Below, piece by piece: positions 52,893 through 62,474 of a stretch of DNA of 64,000 nt. The position numbers and the translations under genes are program-made. How positions within the stretch are numbered: the stretch's first letter is position 1; each line of letters opens with the position of its first letter. The notes under the pieces were generated by a model that had not been told where the DNA came from, made no database searches, and saw only the letters and a program-made list of their open reading frames with translations. The stretch is from positions 100,262 through 164,261 of the forward strand of contig JACNFY010000019.1 of NCBI GenBank assembly GCA_014384375.1, read 5' to 3'. The stretch is from Nanobdellati archaeon. GTDB lineage: Archaea; Nanobdellota; Nanobdellia; Woesearchaeales; GCA-2686295.

Positions 52893-53255
52893 ATGAGAGT
52901 GTTAGCATTCGGCAATCCATACTTGAAGTATGATTCTTTAGCTGTTGAAATAGCAAAAGAATTAAAGGATGAAGCTGAGTTTGTCATTTGCAGTTCTCCA
53001 GAGCAGATAATGGAAGAGAAGTTTGATTACATAATGGATGTTGTTGAAGGCATTGATGAAATTAAAGTCTTTGATAATTTGAAGTTGTTGAATCCTCATA
53101 GAATGTTTTCATTGCACGACTTTGATGTTACTTTCTTCCTTGGATTGATGGAGAGCTTAGGAAAGATAAACAAAGTCAAGATAATAGGGATACCGCTTAA
53201 TTACGACAAAGAGAAAGCTAAGGAAAAAATAGTTAGTTTTCTAGAAAAAACATAA
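52893..53255 (+). CDS. hydrogenase maturation endopeptidase (HycI/FrhD-like)
   Basis: RVLAFGNPYLKYDSLAVEIAKEL, IMDVVEG and SLHDFD align with the Asp/Asp/His metal ligands of HycI-type proteases. Confidence 0.5.
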   Translation: MRVLAFGNPYLKYDSLAVEIAKELKDEAEFVICSSPEQIMEEKFDYIMDVVEGIDEIKVFDNLKLLNPHRMFSLHDFDVTFFLGLMESLGKINKVKIIGIPLNYDKEKAKEKIVSFLEKT

Positions 53256-53289
53256 AATTTAAATATAAAAGAGTATTAACTAGTCTTAT

Positions 53290-53562
53290 ATGAATCAATA
53301 CTCATTTAAAAAAAGATTTTACCCGACCCTAAAAACTGTCTTGATGGTAGAAAAATTTCTATCAGATAATCATTTTGACTTGTTCTCTAAAGTAGCCATT
53401 ATTCGTGGCTTGAATGGGAAAATAAATAATAAGAGTTTGACCACAGTTTTGGATTATTTGGAAGTATCAAACAAGATAATCCAAGGACCAAAAGGGATAC
53501 AATGGATAGCTTCTAACAGCAAAAAAGCAAAGAAACTCATGAAGGAAGCGTTGATATTCTAA
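53290..53562 (+). CDS. hypothetical small protein
   Basis: 90-aa ORF. No motif recognised. Confidence 0.35.
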   Translation: MNQYSFKKRFYPTLKTVLMVEKFLSDNHFDLFSKVAIIRGLNGKINNKSLTTVLDYLEVSNKIIQGPKGIQWIASNSKKAKKLMKEALIF

Positions 53563-54029
53563 CTTTTCTTATAGCCAAAAATTTTGTTATATTGTTTATG
53601 ATTCATTATATCAACAACAAAACTTATTATCTTAACTTGATTTAATCCATCTATCCAGTAAATTAATCTCCAAAAATTTGCCAAATCACATTTCCATAAA
53701 TTTCTAACATCAAGCTTCTCAATGTAATACTTTGGAATCTGTTTTTTCTTTATATGAGTGCCATATTGAGGGTTCTCTTTTAATTTTTCAATAGTTTTTT
53801 CTATAGATTTCAGTATTGTTTGATTTTCAGTTCCTATTTTTCTTATTTCTAACTCTTCTTTTACCTCTTTTTTAAGAAATAAATAAGTTTTCTTAGCATC
53901 TCCAATAAGTGCAACTTGAACTTCTTTTCCTTTGAACATAATAAATAATCTAGAATTCTGCTTAATAAACTTAATCTGATAAATTTCGAAAATATTCCGA
54001 TAACCACTAGTCATCCATGGGTTAAACAT
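53559..54029 (-). CDS. RelE/ParE/YoeB-superfamily toxin-like protein with N-terminal extension
   Basis: C-terminal IPKYYIEKLDVRNLWKCDLANFWRLIYWIDG..VKIISFVVDIMNHKQYNKIFGYKK resembles the RelE-fold consensus. Confidence 0.35.
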   Translation of the reverse strand: MFNPWMTSGYRNIFEIYQIKFIKQNSRLFIMFKGKEVQVALIGDAKKTYLFLKKEVKEELEIRKIGTENQTILKSIEKTIEKLKENPQYGTHIKKKQIPKYYIEKLDVRNLWKCDLANFWRLIYWIDGLNQVKIISFVVDIMNHKQYNKIFGYKKS

Positions 54030-54056
54030 AAAAAGGCTTCTTGATTAACGGTTTTA

Positions 54057-55232
54057 ATGACTGTATATTCGCATTCCCGGATATCTACTTTTGAGAAGTG
54101 CAAGATGAAGTTCAAGTTCAAGTACATCGATAAGTTGGAACCAGAGATAAAAGCCACTGTGGAGATGTTCATGGGAAGCAGGGTTCACGATGCTTTGGAG
54201 AGGCTATACAAGGACTTGAAACATCAGAAGAAGCCGACAAAGATGGAGCTGATAAACTTCCTAGAAAACGAGTGGAAGAAGCAGTGGGATGATGATATAC
54301 TAATCGTGAGGAAAGAATACACCCAGCAGAACTATCTCGACATGGCAAAGAAGTTTGTCTCAGAATATTATGATTATTATGAGCCTTTCGATCAAGCAAC
54401 AACTATAGGCACAGAGATTCATATACAGATAAAGCTTGATAAAGAGGGAAAATACCTTGTTCAAGGATACATAGACAGACTTGATTCAAAAAGAGATGTG
54501 TATGAAATCCATGATTATAAGACTGCAAGCAACTTACCATTGCAGGAATACTTAGATGATGATAGGCAGTTAGCTTTATACGCAATAGCAATCAAGGAAC
54601 AGTATAGAGAAGCAAAAGATGTGAAGCTTGTATGGCATTTCTTAGCTTTCAACAAGGAGCTTCACAGCGAAAGAACAGATGAAGAACTACAGAAACTAAA
54701 AGAAGAAACTATCAAGATAATACAAGAGATTGAAGCTTGCAAAGAATTTCCTCTAAAAGTTTCTCCTTTATGCAACTGGTGTGAATATAAACCTATATGC
54801 CCTGAGTGGAAGCACCTTTACGAAATTGAGACTAAAGATGTCCCAGAAGATGATGATGGTGTAAAGTTGGTGGATGAGTATGCCAAGTTTAAATCAGAAG
54901 AGGCAGATATCCAAAGGAGAATAGAAGATTTAAGGGATAGAATAATAGCATTTGCAGAAAAGGAAGGAGTGAATGCAGTTTTCGGCACAGAGCAGAGAGC
55001 AAAGATATGGAGTAAAGAAGTACATAAGTTTCCAAAAACAACAGATTATAACTATCAAGACTTTGTTGACATGGTAAAGAAACTTGGTTTGTGGAATGAA
55101 TTCTCAAGAATTGATTCTTTCAAGCTGGAAAAATCCTTTGAAAACAAGGAGTTTCACGGCGAGATACAAGAATTATTGAGAAAGTTTGCAAAGAAAGAAA
55201 AAATAGAAAGAGTATATCTTGGGAAAAAATAG
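54057..55232 (+). CDS. PD-(D/E)XK nuclease (RecB/Cas4-like, four-Cys cluster) with ~130-aa C-terminal extension
   Basis: N-terminal Cys (FEKCKMKF), GYIDRLD...YEIHDYKT core, QLALYA, and C-terminal CNWCEYKPIC. Confidence 0.7.
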   Translation: MTVYSHSRISTFEKCKMKFKFKYIDKLEPEIKATVEMFMGSRVHDALERLYKDLKHQKKPTKMELINFLENEWKKQWDDDILIVRKEYTQQNYLDMAKKFVSEYYDYYEPFDQATTIGTEIHIQIKLDKEGKYLVQGYIDRLDSKRDVYEIHDYKTASNLPLQEYLDDDRQLALYAIAIKEQYREAKDVKLVWHFLAFNKELHSERTDEELQKLKEETIKIIQEIEACKEFPLKVSPLCNWCEYKPICPEWKHLYEIETKDVPEDDDGVKLVDEYAKFKSEEADIQRRIEDLRDRIIAFAEKEGVNAVFGTEQRAKIWSKEVHKFPKTTDYNYQDFVDMVKKLGLWNEFSRIDSFKLEKSFENKEFHGEIQELLRKFAKKEKIERVYLGKK

Positions 55233-55276
55233 CAATAAAAAGATTTATTAATAATCAAATCATTAATTTCTTCTGA

Positions 55277-56230
55277 ATGGGAAGGGTTTTGAAAAAAGAG
55301 GATTACAAGAAATTTCTTCAGTTGTTGAAGAGCAAAGCTGAACTTGTTGCACCTATAACAACTGACATGACAAGGTTTGAGGTTGTCGAGGATATTGATG
55401 ATATCAATCTTGAAGGTGGCAATCCTTTCTTTCCAATAAAGAAATACTTCTTGCCAAACAAAGAAACATTGCTGAAGATAAAGAACGGAAATACAAAGGT
55501 GATAGAGAAGAAACCAAAGAAAAGGATAATATTCGGGGCAAGACTATGTGATATCAATGGCATTGCGATACTTGATAAGCTTTTCTTGGATCATAAATAC
55601 CCTGATGAAAACTATAAGAAGAAAAGAGAGAACACCATAATCATAGGTGTTAACTGCTTGACAAGTCCTTCTGAGTATTGCTTCTGTGGCTCTATGGATT
55701 TGAAAAAGGAAGCTTATGACTTATTGCTTCATGAGAGAGAGAAGGATTACTACATAGATGTTCACACAGATTACGGTGCCATGCTTGTAAAACATCTGCC
55801 AGAAGACAGGTTTGACTACCCATTGCCAAAGACAGAGAAGAAACTTGACAAGAAAAACCTATGGCCGTTCTTTGCTGACAAATACTGGGAGAAAGATAAT
55901 GACTTATGTGTTAGTTGCCAGCGATGCACCATACTTTGTCCTACTTGCTTTTGTTTTGACATGTATGACAGAGTCAATCCTAAGACTGGAGACGGTGAGA
56001 GGCTCAGGAAGATTGATTCCTGCCATTCAAAGGATTTTACAGAGGTAGCTGGTGGACATGTTTTTAGGGATACAAGGCTGAAAAGGTATAGGCACAGAGT
56101 GCTTCATAAGGTGCAGTTCTTTGAGGACAAATTCGATAGAAGCATGTGCACAGGTTGTGGAAGATGTATTGAGTACTGTCATTCAAAGATAGACTTTGTA
56201 ACAACAATAAATAAATTTATTGAGCATTAA
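55277..56230 (+). CDS. hydB: group 3b [NiFe] hydrogenase (sulfhydrogenase) beta subunit, 4Fe-4S protein
   Basis: CVSCQRCTILCPTCFCFD and CTGCGRCIEYC ferredoxin-like motifs. AsrA-like length. Confidence 0.8.
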   Translation: MGRVLKKEDYKKFLQLLKSKAELVAPITTDMTRFEVVEDIDDINLEGGNPFFPIKKYFLPNKETLLKIKNGNTKVIEKKPKKRIIFGARLCDINGIAILDKLFLDHKYPDENYKKKRENTIIIGVNCLTSPSEYCFCGSMDLKKEAYDLLLHEREKDYYIDVHTDYGAMLVKHLPEDRFDYPLPKTEKKLDKKNLWPFFADKYWEKDNDLCVSCQRCTILCPTCFCFDMYDRVNPKTGDGERLRKIDSCHSKDFTEVAGGHVFRDTRLKRYRHRVLHKVQFFEDKFDRSMCTGCGRCIEYCHSKIDFVTTINKFIEH

Positions 56231-56272
56231 TTTTTTTAAAAAAATGAACAAAACTATAAATGAGGATTTCAA

Positions 56273-57067
56273 ATGAACAGTATATATCAAGCTAAGAGAT
56301 ACAGGATTACGGATGTGGTAGAGCAAACAGGTGACAATATAATGCTCAGAATAAAAACACGTCTCAATCCAAAACCAGGAGAATTTGTAGAGGTTAGTAT
56401 TCCAGGCATAGGAGAAGCACCTATCTCAAGCGCTTCATATAACAATAAAGTGTTGGACCTGAATATTAGAATAGTTGGGAATGTGACTGAAGCAATATCC
56501 AAATTGAAGAAAGGTGACAAGATACATCTCAGAGGACCCTATGGAAAGGGATATCCTATAGATGAACTCAAAGGTAAAAATCTTATCCTAATTGCCGGTG
56601 GTTGTGGATTAGCGCCTTTGAGAGGCATAATAGAATATATCGACCAACACCGCTTGGATTATAGAGAAATATATTTATTCTTTGGTTTTAGAAGCCCTGA
56701 CGATGTCCTTTTCAAGGATGAGATTCGAGAGTGGGAGAAAGTTTATCATATGAACCTGTCGGTTGATGAGGCAATGGGTGAGAACCCTTTCAATTGTCCA
56801 GTAGGGTTTGTAACAGGTATCTTGGAAAAAGCAGAGCTACCTGTTAATAATACAGAGGTGTTGATGTGCGGCCCGCATGTGATGATGGAAAAGAGCATAA
56901 GGATTCTGGAAAACAAAGGATTTCATGATAATCAGATTTGGGTGAGCTTTGAGAGGCATATGAAGTGCACAACAGGGAAGTGTGGACATTGCATGATAAA
57001 CGGGATGTATGTTTGCATCGATGGACCTGTATTTAGGTATGATGAGGTGAAAGGAGTAGATGAGTAG
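56273..57067 (+). CDS. hydG: sulfhydrogenase gamma subunit, FAD/NAD(P)-binding with 2Fe-2S site
   Basis: FNR-like fold (LIAGGCGLAPL) and C-terminal CTTGKCGHCMINGMYVCIDGPVF. Confidence 0.8.
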   Translation: MNSIYQAKRYRITDVVEQTGDNIMLRIKTRLNPKPGEFVEVSIPGIGEAPISSASYNNKVLDLNIRIVGNVTEAISKLKKGDKIHLRGPYGKGYPIDELKGKNLILIAGGCGLAPLRGIIEYIDQHRLDYREIYLFFGFRSPDDVLFKDEIREWEKVYHMNLSVDEAMGENPFNCPVGFVTGILEKAELPVNNTEVLMCGPHVMMEKSIRILENKGFHDNQIWVSFERHMKCTTGKCGHCMINGMYVCIDGPVFRYDEVKGVDE

Positions 57068-57845
57068 TTCGTCTGAAAAGAAAAAGCCAAGAGTAGCAAT
57101 CCATTCAATTACAGGATGCGCTGGTTGTCAGCTAGTTATATACTTCATAAGAGATAAGCTATTAGAATTGTTAGGAGAGATTGACCTAGTTGCTGCGCCT
57201 ATGATAAAAGGAAAGAACGAGGAAGGCCCTTATGATATCTGCTTTGTTGAAGGACTGGTTGCAAGTCAAAGGGACTTGGAAAATTTGAAAAAATGGAGAG
57301 AGCAGTCAAAGTTCCTTGTTGCTTGGGGAACCTGTGCAACGCATGGTAATGTTCCTGGAATAAAGATTTTTATGGATGAAAAACAAGTTGAGGAGGCTGT
57401 TTACAAGGATAAATCAAATTTGACTGGAGAAAATACTCCATTAAAACCAACACCTTTAGAAGCACATGTGAGGATTGACTACAGGATAAGTGGCTGTCCG
57501 CCTGAAGAGATTGAGTTCCTGAGGATGATGCAACATTTCTTGATGGATATGAAACCTGTTGTTTATAACGAGCCAGTATGCGTTGAGTGCACTCAAAGAG
57601 AGATTAAATGTTTGTTAGAGGATGGGAAGGAATGCCTTGGACCAATGATAAGAGGAGGTTGCGATGCTCTATGTCCAGTTGTGAACCATGGATGCACTGG
57701 TTGTCACGGACCTTTAGAAGATGCAAACATACCACAGATGCTTAAACTATTAAAAGCTAATGGAATTCCAAAAGAGTTAGTAAAACAGAGATTGCAGAAA
57801 TATGCAGGAGCGAAATTTGAGGAGTTAGGAGCTGATATAAGATAA
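57060..57845 (+). CDS. hydD: sulfhydrogenase delta subunit ([NiFe] small subunit)
   Basis: VAIHSITGCAGCQL proximal cluster motif and further Cys clusters (GCPP, CVEC, CTGCHGP). 8-nt overlap with hydG. Confidence 0.85.
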   Translation: MSSSSEKKKPRVAIHSITGCAGCQLVIYFIRDKLLELLGEIDLVAAPMIKGKNEEGPYDICFVEGLVASQRDLENLKKWREQSKFLVAWGTCATHGNVPGIKIFMDEKQVEEAVYKDKSNLTGENTPLKPTPLEAHVRIDYRISGCPPEEIEFLRMMQHFLMDMKPVVYNEPVCVECTQREIKCLLEDGKECLGPMIRGGCDALCPVVNHGCTGCHGPLEDANIPQMLKLLKANGIPKELVKQRLQKYAGAKFEELGADIR

Positions 57846-57864
57846 CAAAAATCAAAGATTTCAC

Positions 57865-57909
57865 AAAAAGCAGAGCTTTTTGGGACACAAAAACCTTTAA
57901 AGGTTTTTG
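57865..57909. promoter_or_regulatory. two adjacent palindromes between hydD and hydA
   Basis: AAAAAGC-AGA-GCTTTTT (57865-57881) and the perfect 22-bp palindrome CAAAAACCTTTAAAGGTTTTTG (57888-57909). Confidence 0.5.
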
Positions 57910-57945
57910 ATTGTTTGAATGTTAAAAAACTAGAGGTTTTTGAAC

Positions 57946-59253
57946 ATGAGTAAGAAAATAACACTTAATCATATTACAAAAGTCGAAGGACACGCTAACC
58001 TGGATGTTGAGATAGAAGATGGCAAACTGGTGAAGTGCAATTTGGGAGCTGTTGAGGGAGCTAGATTCTTTGAAGGAATAGTTGTTGGTAGAAAATATGA
58101 TGAAATAAAAGAGATAACAACCAGGATTTGTGGCATCTGCAGTGTTGGTCATAGTATGACTTCGTTGAAGGCTACTGAGGATGCTTTTGGAATACAGGTT
58201 TCTGAGCAAACAAGGTTATTGAGAGAGTTGATGAGTATAGGTGAAAGACTAAGAAGCCATGCAACACATCTGTATTTTCTTGCATTACCTGATTATCTTG
58301 GTTATGAATCAGCAATTGAAATGGCTCCAAAGTACAAGAAAGAGATTGAACGAGCCCTAAATTTAATGAGAGTAGGAAATGAAATAGTTACTAAAATCGG
58401 TGGAAGGCAGATGCACCCTGTTTCCTCAGTGGTTGGTGGATTCACACGTGTTCCATCAAAAAAAAATATAGAAAGTCTGCTTTCTTTATTGAAAAAAAGT
58501 AGACATTATGCAATTGAAACATTAAAGTTTTTCTCAGAGTTGAATTATCCGATATTAGAGATTAACTCTGAGCATATTGCGCTTTACAGAGAGAAAGGAC
58601 AGCCTTTGCTTGAAGGACCGATTATATCTGATAAAGGTTTGAAGACAACTTCGCATAACTATGTTGATTTCATAGAAGAGTATATTGTAAAGCACTCAAC
58701 AGCAAAGTTTGCTGTGAGGAATGGGAAAGGATATGTTACAGGAGCCCTATCAAGAATTAATCTTAATTATAGAAACATAGGATATGATATAAAGAGAATC
58801 TTATCTAAGAATCACATACTTTTTCCAAGCAAGAATATTTTTCATAACAATGTTGCCCAGGCAGTCGAGCTTGTCTACTGGTTAGATACTGCTATTCAGA
58901 TTCTTGAAGAAAACGAGTTCAGGCCAGAGCCAATAGTGGAGTTCGAAACAAGAGCAGGACTTGGAAGAGCAGCAACAGAAGTGCCTAGAGGCATATTGTT
59001 CCATGAGTACGAGTTCGATGAGAAGGGATATGTGAAAGAATGCAATATAATAACGCCGACAGTGCAAAACTTGAGGAGCATGGAAGAACACATACTTGCA
59101 TATATTAATGATATGCTAGCAGTTAATAAGAACAAAGACTACATAACCTTGGAGATAGAGAAGCTGATAAGAGCCTATGATCCTTGCTTCAGCTGCTCAG
59201 CACACTTCTTGAAAGTAAACTGGAAGGAAATACGAGACCAAGGCCTATCCTAG
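57946..59253 (+). CDS. hydA: sulfhydrogenase alpha subunit ([NiFe] large subunit)
   Basis: N-terminal RICGICSVGH and C-terminal DPCFSCSAH Ni-Fe ligand motifs, followed by a 15-aa extension for proteolytic maturation. Confidence 0.9.
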   Translation: MSKKITLNHITKVEGHANLDVEIEDGKLVKCNLGAVEGARFFEGIVVGRKYDEIKEITTRICGICSVGHSMTSLKATEDAFGIQVSEQTRLLRELMSIGERLRSHATHLYFLALPDYLGYESAIEMAPKYKKEIERALNLMRVGNEIVTKIGGRQMHPVSSVVGGFTRVPSKKNIESLLSLLKKSRHYAIETLKFFSELNYPILEINSEHIALYREKGQPLLEGPIISDKGLKTTSHNYVDFIEEYIVKHSTAKFAVRNGKGYVTGALSRINLNYRNIGYDIKRILSKNHILFPSKNIFHNNVAQAVELVYWLDTAIQILEENEFRPEPIVEFETRAGLGRAATEVPRGILFHEYEFDEKGYVKECNIITPTVQNLRSMEEHILAYINDMLAVNKNKDYITLEIEKLIRAYDPCFSCSAHFLKVNWKEIRDQGLS

Positions 59254-59288
59254 GATAATAGGTTCGTATTCCTTGAATTTTTCAAAGT

Positions 59289-59813
59289 TTATTTCTTCTT
59301 TGTATTGGCATTTATAACCAAACCAATTATTACTAAAATGAAAACTGTTATTAGGCTCATTAGTCTAGAATTGTAAAGACTGAAGTTATTCCGTCCATAA
59401 CCGTACATCATATTAGGACCCATCATATTTCCACCACCCATCATCATATTCATCATGCCTCCACCTATCATTCCGCTAATGTCTTCATTACAATAAAGCC
59501 TTTTGGCCATCTGAATATGCATTTGTTTCAAACTATCAGAGCCTTCGCCACCCATCATCTCATCCATTAATTCATGAGCCTCTCCAGGATGCATCTGCTC
59601 CATGTAGTAATCTCCTAAACTTTCAAGCTGTTCTTTACTTAAATCTTCACATGCAATCTTGTCTTCTAAAATCTGCTCTGCCTCTTCAAAAGTCTCGTTT
59701 CCATGACCATATACCAAGAAAGAAACCAATACTAACATCCAAACCAAAATCAAACTTTTATTCATTTTCATTGCCTCCAAATCAAAACCATTTCCAAAAC
59801 CAGTATTTTTCAA
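59289..59813 (-). CDS. Met/Gly-rich exported protein with C-terminal TM anchor
   Basis: Signal anchor, then HPGEAHELMDEMMGGEG and GGGMMNMMMGGGNMMGPNMM. Confidence 0.5.
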   Translation of the reverse strand: MKNTGFGNGFDLEAMKMNKSLILVWMLVLVSFLVYGHGNETFEEAEQILEDKIACEDLSKEQLESLGDYYMEQMHPGEAHELMDEMMGGEGSDSLKQMHIQMAKRLYCNEDISGMIGGGMMNMMMGGGNMMGPNMMYGYGRNNFSLYNSRLMSLITVFILVIIGLVINANTKKK

Positions 59814-60930
59814 ACAATAACTTTCCCAAATGCCACAATCTTCCAGGTCTCCTCATCTTTATCGCAGGAACTGGTTCAGCATAGAAATTGCCTCCAGCAA
59901 AACCAGCTTTTCCATAACCAAGCTCTAGGAAACAATAAGCACGTCCATCATATCTTTTATCAGCGTTTAACCTTTTTATTTCTGCAGCTATGTTATCTGC
60001 TACTACTTCAGCTTCAAAATGAGCAAAAACTCCTGCCTTGGATAAAGGTTTGCCGGAAGAAAGAGTGATAGAGGCAACATCACCAATTGCGAAAATATTA
60101 TTGTGGTTTGTTTTAAGAGTGTTTTTATCTACCGGAATCCACCCCATTTCATTACCTAAGTTTGAATTTATAATAACCTCAGGTCCCTTATGAGGAGGAA
60201 CAAATATCAGCAGATCATAATTAACAGGTGTCTTGTCTTTAAATTGAATCTCTTTTTTATTTGAATCAACAGATACAAGCTGAGTCTCTGGATTAAAACG
60301 AATATTTCTTGATTCTAACATTGATTTGATTATTTCACCGTTTTTTGGACCGGCTGCAGGCATTGGTAATGCTTCTGGAGTAAAAATGCTAATTTCTGTT
60401 TTTTCCCTAACGCCTTTCTTATCAAAATATTCATCAAGAAGAAAAGCTGCTTCATAAGGTGCAGCAGGACATTTGAATGGTAAAGAAGATATTACAATAC
60501 TCACTTTTTCACCCTTAAACTTTTTTAAATCATCTCTTAATCTTTCAACATCTTCAAGCTGGTAAAGGTTATAACCTGCGTTAGAAAGACCTTTAATATT
60601 CTCAGGAGCTAGTTCTGCACCAAGAGAGATTATGAGATAATCATAATCAAATTCATTCCTCGTTGTTTTAACAATTTTCTTTTCAGGCAGTATTTTTATG
60701 ATTTCTTCATTAACGAAATCAATACCTTTTCTTTTAACAAGCTTAAGAGGCTTCTGTATTTTTTGTGCTTTTCTCTTTCCAAGCATTAGCCATAAAAAAG
60801 AAGGGGCATAAATGTGTTTATCATTTCTATCAATTAAGATAATTTTATGTTCTTTGCTTAGTTTTTTACGGAGTTCATTAGCAGCCACTAAGCCACCAGT
60901 TCCACCACCAAGTATTAATATCCGTTTCAT
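59782..60930 (-). CDS. FAD-dependent pyridine nucleotide-disulfide oxidoreductase, sulfide:quinone oxidoreductase-like
   Basis: ILILGGGTGGLVAA, FKCPAAPYEAAF, FAIGDVA and YCFLELG, matching the positions of SQR redox cysteines. Confidence 0.65.
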   Translation of the reverse strand: MKRILILGGGTGGLVAANELRKKLSKEHKIILIDRNDKHIYAPSFLWLMLGKRKAQKIQKPLKLVKRKGIDFVNEEIIKILPEKKIVKTTRNEFDYDYLIISLGAELAPENIKGLSNAGYNLYQLEDVERLRDDLKKFKGEKVSIVISSLPFKCPAAPYEAAFLLDEYFDKKGVREKTEISIFTPEALPMPAAGPKNGEIIKSMLESRNIRFNPETQLVSVDSNKKEIQFKDKTPVNYDLLIFVPPHKGPEVIINSNLGNEMGWIPVDKNTLKTNHNNIFAIGDVASITLSSGKPLSKAGVFAHFEAEVVADNIAAEIKRLNADKRYDGRAYCFLELGYGKAGFAGGNFYAEPVPAIKMRRPGRLWHLGKLLFEKYWFWKWF

Positions 60931-60960
60931 TTTTCTACCTCCTTATTTATTTAATTTTAT

Positions 60961-61413
60961 TCACCATCTTTTACAACACTCCAATAGTTTTTTTACGAAA
61001 TAATTAATCTTTCTATTATTACTATATAAATATATTATGCTAAAAATGAGCCATAGAACAAGTAAAAAAATAACAGTTTTAACTATATCTTCAGGAACTA
61101 CTATTAAAGAATATCCTATGACTATTAATGTCAGTAGAAAAGGTAATCGAAACATTTTGAGTTTATCTTTTACCCGAGCATCTACAAGATAAAAAATGCC
61201 AACAGTAGATTCTCCTATTAGTAGAGCCAAAATGATTTGATTGTTAAAAATATCCATCCAATAAAGGATGAGAAGAGTTATCCAGGTAAGGCTTACAGCA
61301 GCGCATATAACGCAGAACTTTTCCTTTAATCTTCTAGAAAGCAACTCTTTTAAAAAAAGCAATACAAAAAACAAGACGGTTATGCTTATGAGTATGAAAA
61401 AAATATTTGTCAT
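60961..61413 (-). CDS. small 4-TM membrane protein with FCVIC and C-terminal ECC
   Basis: 150-aa ORF abutting the upstream gene (61414/61413). No family recognised. Confidence 0.45.
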   Translation of the reverse strand: MTNIFFILISITVLFFVLLFLKELLSRRLKEKFCVICAAVSLTWITLLILYWMDIFNNQIILALLIGESTVGIFYLVDARVKDKLKMFRLPFLLTLIVIGYSLIVVPEDIVKTVIFLLVLWLIFSIIYLYSNNRKINYFVKKLLECCKRW

Positions 61414-61950
61414 TTATATCACCAGTTGAATAATACCTCCGGTTATGATTAACAAAAGCAAAGTAAGAATTATTCCTTGGTAAGGAACCATCTTTCCTTT
61501 TCTAAGCTTGGTTATCTTGCTGCTAAGCCAAGGTGTTGATGAGACTATTATTCCACCGATTATACTGCCAATTAAAAATATGTTTAACAAATAAGTCCTA
61601 TTTAATAACGAACCATAGTCTCCCATAATAGAGATATATGTGGCATGGACATCACTCATAATCGGTAATATGGGAAAAATTGTGAGCACAAAGGAAAGAA
61701 GTATCAAAGCCCATTTTTGGAATGGGATAAACTGTTTCTTAATCAACCTAGCAACCCACCAACCCATAGACACAGCAAACCCTCCTATGAATACTCCTAT
61801 AACTCCCTGATTAACACCGAGTAAAGCAGCTCCGCCGGCAGCAGCTCCTGCCCCAATAGTGCATAATGGGCAATGAGCTTCTGCTTTCTTAACTAGAAAA
61901 ATAGAAAAGAAAGGAATTAATGGCAATAATCTTTTCCAAGTCATCTTCAT
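61414..61950 (-). CDS. membrane protein with exported HCPLC motif and Gly/Ala-rich TM
   Basis: Signal peptide ...VKKAEA, then HCPLCTIGAGAAAGGAALLG. About 5 TM segments. Confidence 0.5.
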   Translation of the reverse strand: MKMTWKRLLPLIPFFSIFLVKKAEAHCPLCTIGAGAAAGGAALLGVNQGVIGVFIGGFAVSMGWWVARLIKKQFIPFQKWALILLSFVLTIFPILPIMSDVHATYISIMGDYGSLLNRTYLLNIFLIGSIIGGIIVSSTPWLSSKITKLRKGKMVPYQGIILTLLLLIITGGIIQLVI

Positions 61951-61952
61951 TC

Positions 61953-62474
61953 TTATAATTTCATGAACTCATAGGAAGTTCCATCTTTATTCACAACGTA
62001 AATCACAAATGGTTCAGTTTTACTTCCTGGCATACCAGGTGAGCCAGAGGGCATACCTGGCATCGCGATACCTGCGATATCTGGCTGCTCAGCCATTAGC
62101 TTGAAAATTGCTTCTACAGGAATATGCCCCTCTACAAAATAGTTGCCTATAACTGCTGTGTGACAGCTACGCAGATTATCCGGGATTTTATATTCATCTT
62201 TTTTCGGAGTAACTTCATCAATTTCGATAATCTCGACTTTTAAGTCAGTTTTCTTCTTGACATAGTCGACATACAATCCGCAGCAGCCACAATACATAGA
62301 TTTGAATATCTTCATCTCTCCATTGAAATTATCCAACGAACTGAAATCAATAGTCTGGCTATTGTTTTTTATAATCGCTGCAAATCCAAATAAAATAACT
62401 AAAGCTAAAACTGTTATTCCACCAAACAAAACCTTGCTTTTCTTTTTGCTCTTCTTCATCCTATTTACCTCCAT
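61953..62474 (-). CDS. DUF411/CopG-family metal-binding protein
   Basis: CGCCGLYVDY (CxCC), SCHTAVIGNYFVEGHIP and GIAMPGMPSGSPGMPG are family hallmarks. Confidence 0.7.
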   Translation of the reverse strand: MEVNRMKKSKKKSKVLFGGITVLALVILFGFAAIIKNNSQTIDFSSLDNFNGEMKIFKSMYCGCCGLYVDYVKKKTDLKVEIIEIDEVTPKKDEYKIPDNLRSCHTAVIGNYFVEGHIPVEAIFKLMAEQPDIAGIAMPGMPSGSPGMPGSKTEPFVIYVVNKDGTSYEFMKL

